A program made the position numbers and the translations under genes. A stretch of 32,000 nucleotides of DNA, taken from positions 2,070,001 through 2,102,000 of the forward strand of contig NC_014972.1 in the NCBI RefSeq assembly GCF_000186885.1. Direction: 5' to 3'. The notes beneath the pieces are model-generated. The model did not search any database. It was not told where the DNA came from and worked only from the letters and a program-made list of their open reading frames with translations. This stretch comes from Desulfobulbus propionicus DSM 2032 (lineage in GTDB: Bacteria; Desulfobacterota; Desulfobulbia; Desulfobulbales; Desulfobulbaceae). How positions within the stretch are numbered: the stretch's first letter is position 1; each line of letters opens with the position of its first letter. Of this stretch, positions 28,165-32,000 are shown piece by piece.

Positions 28165-28584
28165 ATGGATGAATTGCCCCTGCACAACCAGAATCTGTCC
28201 TCGTTTGACCGCCTTCGGCACGTTGTCGCCACCCTGCGCGGCACCGGAGGGTGCCCCTGGGACATCAAGCAGACTCCGATGTCACTCAAAAAATATCTGC
28301 TGGAGGAATGCACCGAGTTGATCGAGGCTATCGACAAGGGCAGCGAAGCAGACGTTCGAGAAGAGATTGGCGACATTTTTTTCATCCTCACGCTGTTAAC
28401 ATCTATCTTTTCTGAACAACAACGCTTCACCATCGACGATGTCCTCGACGATGTCGCGGCCAAAATGGTGCGCCGCCATCCCCATGTCTTTGGCGATGCC
28501 GAAATTTCCGACGAGCAAGAACTGCGCGCCCAGTGGGAACGGATTAAACATCAAGAAAAGCATCCCTCCCCTCCCCTGCCCTAA
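28165..28584 (+). CDS. mazG: MazG-family nucleotide pyrophosphohydrolase
   Basis: About 139 aa (or 141 from TTG 28159); LRGTGGCPWDIKQTPMSLKKYLLEECTELIEAI, EEIGDIFFILTLL, RRHPHVFGD. Confidence 0.92.
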   Translation: MDELPLHNQNLSSFDRLRHVVATLRGTGGCPWDIKQTPMSLKKYLLEECTELIEAIDKGSEADVREEIGDIFFILTLLTSIFSEQQRFTIDDVLDDVAAKMVRRHPHVFGDAEISDEQELRAQWERIKHQEKHPSPPLP

Positions 28585-28596
28585 CCACCTTTTCGC

Positions 28597-28626
28597 TTGA
28601 CATTTTTTATCTTATTTTACTAATAT
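28597..28626 (+). promoter_or_regulatory. Candidate sigma-70 promoter for the rpsF operon
   Basis: TTGACA (28597-28602), 18-nt AT-rich spacer, TAATAT (28621-28626). Confidence 0.7.
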
Positions 28627-28650
28627 ATTTATTTTATCCATTTTAACCTT

Positions 28651-28679
28651 CTCGCTCTCACCGCCAGGATTGAAGCGAG
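28651..28679 (+). promoter_or_regulatory. Candidate S6:S18-binding autoregulatory leader hairpin of rpsF
   Basis: CTCGCT/AGCGAG and TCA/TGA helices enclosing an unpaired CCG, 27 nt upstream of rpsF. Confidence 0.5.
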
Positions 28680-28705
28680 GGCCACCATGACCACGAGGAG
28701 GAATC

Positions 28706-29131
28706 ATGCGTCATTACGAAACCACGTTTATCCTTCGTCCGAACCTGGGCGAAGACCAATTCACTGAAATCATTGACCGAACCACCGCTATCATCAACGG
28801 TGACGAAGGATCAATCATCTGTCTCGACCGCTGGGGAATCAAGCGCCTGGCCTACGAGATCAACAAGGAAGTCCAAGGATATTACGTCTACCTGAACTAT
28901 GCCGCTCCTGGAAAAACCGTCGACGAAATTGAACGTATTTTCCGGATTGATGACAGGGTGCTTCGCTATCTGACAGTAAAACTCGGCGACTCGATGAACG
29001 CCGCCGCGATCGAAGCCGAGAAGCAACGTATTGCCGAGAAAGCTGCCGCCCGCGAGAAGGCGCTCTCCGAAGACGCGGAAAATGACGAGTTCGACAGTGA
29101 AGAACTGGAAGACGAAGCCAATCAAGAATAA
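28706..29131 (+). CDS. rpsF: 30S ribosomal protein S6
   Basis: [62 protein letters not shown]; RBS GAGGAGG. Confidence 0.96.
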   Translation: MRHYETTFILRPNLGEDQFTEIIDRTTAIINGDEGSIICLDRWGIKRLAYEINKEVQGYYVYLNYAAPGKTVDEIERIFRIDDRVLRYLTVKLGDSMNAAAIEAEKQRIAEKAAAREKALSEDAENDEFDSEELEDEANQE

Positions 29132-29172
29132 ATCGTCTCAACATTATCCACCCACCTGTAAGGAGTAGCATC

Positions 29173-29412
29173 ATGTCGCAACCCAAAAAAGTTTTTTCAC
29201 GTCGTCGCGTTTGCCGATTTTGTACCGACAAGGACGTTACCATCGATTACAAAGATCCGAAAACCCTTAAAAATTTCGTCACGGAACGAGGAAAGATCAT
29301 TCCACGGCGAATTTATGGTACCTGCGCCAAACATCAGCGCGAGTTGACCGAAGCTGTTAAACGTGCGAGACAACTGGCATTGTTGCCCTACATGGGAACA
29401 GTACAACCATAA
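29173..29412 (+). CDS. rpsR: 30S ribosomal protein S18
   Basis: 79 aa; [64 protein letters not shown]. Confidence 0.97.
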   Translation: MSQPKKVFSRRRVCRFCTDKDVTIDYKDPKTLKNFVTERGKIIPRRIYGTCAKHQRELTEAVKRARQLALLPYMGTVQP

Positions 29413-29429
29413 CGGTTCGCCTGTACGGA

Positions 29430-30392
29430 ATGATCAACACCGGGCCTGGGTGGATGAAGGTGCCTTTCAGACCCGGCCAGCTCCTGTTTCTTGGCACCCT
29501 GTTTTTTTTGCCCGTGCTCAATCCGCAACTTTTCAGTTGGCTGCACGGATTGCTGGCTGTCCCTGTCTTCTTCGCCCTGACCACCAACGGGCGTCAAGCC
29601 GGAGCCGCCCTTATATGGGTTAGTCTCCTTTTGGCGGGATTAGGGGCTCTGTTGCTGCAGCGGGTCGAACTTTTCTTCTTTTCGCTGACGATGGTGCCCT
29701 TGGGCTATACCCTTTATCACAGTGCTGATAAAAGGGAATCCGTGGCGACCAGCGGCGGCAAGGGAGTAGCCATTCTCAGTCTGACTTGGTTGTTTTTTTG
29801 GGGACTGTATGGTGTCACCGCCGGCTTCAATCCCTACGTCAATCTGTTGAAGGTACTTGATTTTGGGTTCCAACAAACCCTTGAAGTGTACAGCTCCAAG
29901 GAGGCCGGATTATCTCCGGAGGTGATATACAACCTGCAGCAGATCACGAACAATTTGCGGGCCATCACCCCCAAGCTGCTTCCCGGACTGCTGGCCTCGA
30001 TGACCATTTTCACAGTGTGGGTCAATCTGGTCATCGCCAACGTTCTGGCAGGGCGTCAAAATAACGGGAGTCTGCCTTGGGGACGATATTCCTCCTGGAA
30101 ACTGCCGGACCAGCTGATATGGCTACCCATCGTCGCCGTTTCCCTGCTGATCGTCGGGCACGGTCCAATACAGTATGGAGGAGGCTGTCTGCTTCTTGTT
30201 TCCGGCCTACTCTATTTCTTTCAAGGCTTAGCTGTGGTGATCGCCTTGTTTGAACGGTGGAATGTTCCGGTGCTGGTTCGAATCATTCTTTATTTTGTTT
30301 TGCTCATCCAAAGCTACAGCGTGGTTTTTCTTGCCGTGCTCGGCTTAAGTGATGTTTGGTTCAACATGAGGCAAAAATCGGACGAGCGATGA
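29430..30392 (+). CDS. DUF2232 (YybS-like) membrane protein
   Basis: 320 aa, multiple TM segments; sits between rpsR and rplI, a context known for this family. Confidence 0.75.
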   Translation: MINTGPGWMKVPFRPGQLLFLGTLFFLPVLNPQLFSWLHGLLAVPVFFALTTNGRQAGAALIWVSLLLAGLGALLLQRVELFFFSLTMVPLGYTLYHSADKRESVATSGGKGVAILSLTWLFFWGLYGVTAGFNPYVNLLKVLDFGFQQTLEVYSSKEAGLSPEVIYNLQQITNNLRAITPKLLPGLLASMTIFTVWVNLVIANVLAGRQNNGSLPWGRYSSWKLPDQLIWLPIVAVSLLIVGHGPIQYGGGCLLLVSGLLYFFQGLAVVIALFERWNVPVLVRIILYFVLLIQSYSVVFLAVLGLSDVWFNMRQKSDER

Positions 30393-30487
30393 ATCAGGTG
30401 CGTTATGCATGGTTTTACTTGCGGCATGCCTGACACCTCATCGGTGCTAATTGATATATAGACGATATAACGAAGAGGGTCTTATTC

Positions 30488-30946
30488 ATGGAAATCATAT
30501 TAAAAGAAACAATCGAAACGTTGGGCCAGGAAGGCGAAATCGTTAAAGTGCGTCCTGGGTACGCCCGCAATTTCCTTATCCCTAAACAGAAAGCAGTTCT
30601 GGTCAGTAAGGAATCGCTGGCTCGCTTGGAAAAGGAAAAACAGGCGATTGCCGCCCGGTTGGCCGAGCAGAAGAAGCAGGCAGAAGGCCTGGCTGCGCAG
30701 CTCGAGGGGAAGGTGGTGATCATCGCCAAACGCGTCGGCGATGAAAATCGTCTGTTTGGTTCCGTTACTGGCAACGATATTGCCGTCAGCTTACAAGCGG
30801 CCGGGGTAACGGTTGACAAAAAGAACATTGTTCTTCCGGATGCTATCAAGGCCATTGGCGAATACACCATCACCATCAAAACCGGTTATCAGACATCCGC
30901 CAACGTGCTTGTGCAGGTTGTCGCGGAAACACCCGGCGAGGCGTGA
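30488..30946 (+). CDS. rplI: 50S ribosomal protein L9
   Basis: MEIILKETIETLGQEGEIVKVRPGYARNFLIPKQKAVLVSKE, LFGSVTGNDIAVSL. Confidence 0.97.
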   Translation: MEIILKETIETLGQEGEIVKVRPGYARNFLIPKQKAVLVSKESLARLEKEKQAIAARLAEQKKQAEGLAAQLEGKVVIIAKRVGDENRLFGSVTGNDIAVSLQAAGVTVDKKNIVLPDAIKAIGEYTITIKTGYQTSANVLVQVVAETPGEA

Positions 30947-31195
30947 GCCCGACCCGATAACGTCCGTCTTTCTTCGCTAGGGAGCGGGGACATCGTCCTC
31001 CGTCCCCGGCCCGGCACAAGCTCTCCTCTCCCCTGGAACAGGGGCAGATGGAACTACTTATGCCGTTGGTGTGCCGTAACTGCCTTTTCTGCTCGCAGGA
31101 AAGGCAGTTCTATTTTCAACGTGCCATTCCCTGGCGGTGACGGTATAGTTGCGCTCGCGCACAAATTTTCCTTTCTTCGGCCCCGCAATCAACCT

Positions 31196-32000
31196 ATGCA
31201 GCACCTAGTTCCTTCAACCATGCCATCTCCCCGGGTTCTTCCTCCGCAAAACATCGAGGCCGAACAAGCGGTACTGGGAACGATTCTACTGCAGGACAAA
31301 GCCTTGCTGAAGATTGTCGAGGTGCTGGAACCGGAGGACTTCTATCGGGACGCCCACAAGACCATTTATGCGGCAATGCGCACCCTTTTCGAAAAACGGG
31401 AGCCGCATGACCTGATCACCGTCACCGGCCTGCTCGGCGATCAGAATAAACTGGAAGAGGTCGGCGGTGCCGCCTATCTGGCCTCGCTCACCGATATCAT
31501 TCCCTTTTCCGGAACGCTGGTCCACCATGCCCAGATTATTCGCAAGAAATCCATCCTCCGCAAACTGATCCAAACCACCTCCGAGGTGGCCGCCCGTTGC
31601 TATGACGCCCAGGATGATATTGAAACCCTGGTTGATCAGGCTGAAAAAACCATCTTCGAAATTGCTCATTCTAACAAGGGCCAAGGGTTTCAGCCCATGG
31701 GCACCATCGTGCCCCGTGCCTTTGAACGGATCACGAGATTGTTCGACAAACAGGAACACATCACCGGCGTGGCCACCGGCTATGATGAACTCGACCGCAT
31801 GACTGCCGGTCTGCAACCCGCGGAATTGATCATTCTCGCGGCCCGTCCCTCCATGGGCAAGACCGCCTTGGCGATGAACATCGTCCAGCACGCGGCCCTG
31901 ATCGGCAAGGTGGCGGTGGCGGTGTTCAGCCTGGAAATGTCCATGGAATCCCTGGCGCTGCGCATGCTCTGCTCGGTTGGCCGCATCGATTCCCAGCGGA
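31196..32000 (+). CDS. dnaB: Replicative DNA helicase DnaB, 3'-truncated by the window
   Basis: LPPQNIEAEQAVLGTILLQDKALLKIVEVLEPEDFYRDAHKTIYAAM, GVATGYDELDRMTAGLQPAELIILAARPSMGKTALAMNIVQHAA; start 31196 or 31220. Confidence 0.94.
   Translation, partial: MQHLVPSTMPSPRVLPPQNIEAEQAVLGTILLQDKALLKIVEVLEPEDFYRDAHKTIYAAMRTLFEKREPHDLITVTGLLGDQNKLEEVGGAAYLASLTDIIPFSGTLVHHAQIIRKKSILRKLIQTTSEVAARCYDAQDDIETLVDQAEKTIFEIAHSNKGQGFQPMGTIVPRAFERITRLFDKQEHITGVATGYDELDRMTAGLQPAELIILAARPSMGKTALAMNIVQHAALIGKVAVAVFSLEMSMESLALRMLCSVGRIDSQR

Noticed and set aside
30985-31008. CGGGGAC/GTCCCCG hairpin after rplI as terminator
   Set aside because: 7-bp stem with no U-tract; too weak to call a terminator confidently.
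1-32000. CRISPR array, tRNA, rRNA, prophage or toxin-antitoxin/defence system
   Set aside because: No regularly spaced repeats, cloverleaf/CCA patterns, rRNA signatures, or recognisable phage or defence genes. MazG here is the housekeeping-type pyrophosphohydrolase, not an abortive-infection module.

Overview
The window reads as ordinary core genome of a selenoprotein-using, menaquinone-making anaerobe. Deltaproteobacteria/Desulfobulbaceae-like is an inference from gene content, not verified. Minus-strand genes: futalosine-pathway mqnC and mqnE, an RpoD-like sigma factor, a small AF2331/DUF5619-like protein, an Hpt protein, tsaC, a purD-purE fusion, greA, a DegT/DnrJ aminotransferase, rpoH, engB, hisG and hisI. 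Plus-strand genes: malQ, a triple-rhodanese lipoprotein, a TetR/FadR-like regulator, lepA, an FKBP-type PPIase, a chemosensory cluster (cheA-mcp-cheW-cheB-cheR-REC), mazG, rpsF-rpsR-DUF2232-rplI and the start of dnaB. The strongest unannotated signal is an in-frame TGA at 6398-6400. It joins two six-frame ORFs into one rhodanese lipoprotein (5825-7147) at the position where homologues usually carry Cys (YCGGPT-U-GMS), and a SECIS-like stem-loop follows it. Other points of interest: cheR is split by a precisely delimited 1317-bp IS5-family element (TTAA target duplication; excision restores the frame); a FadR-box-like operator lies in front of the TetR gene; PurD and PurE are fused; an MCP carries a CxxCH heme motif; a 25-bp tandem duplication spans the rpoH start codon; and a candidate S6:S18 leader precedes rpsF. 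No CRISPR array, rRNA, tRNA, prophage or obvious defence island was seen.
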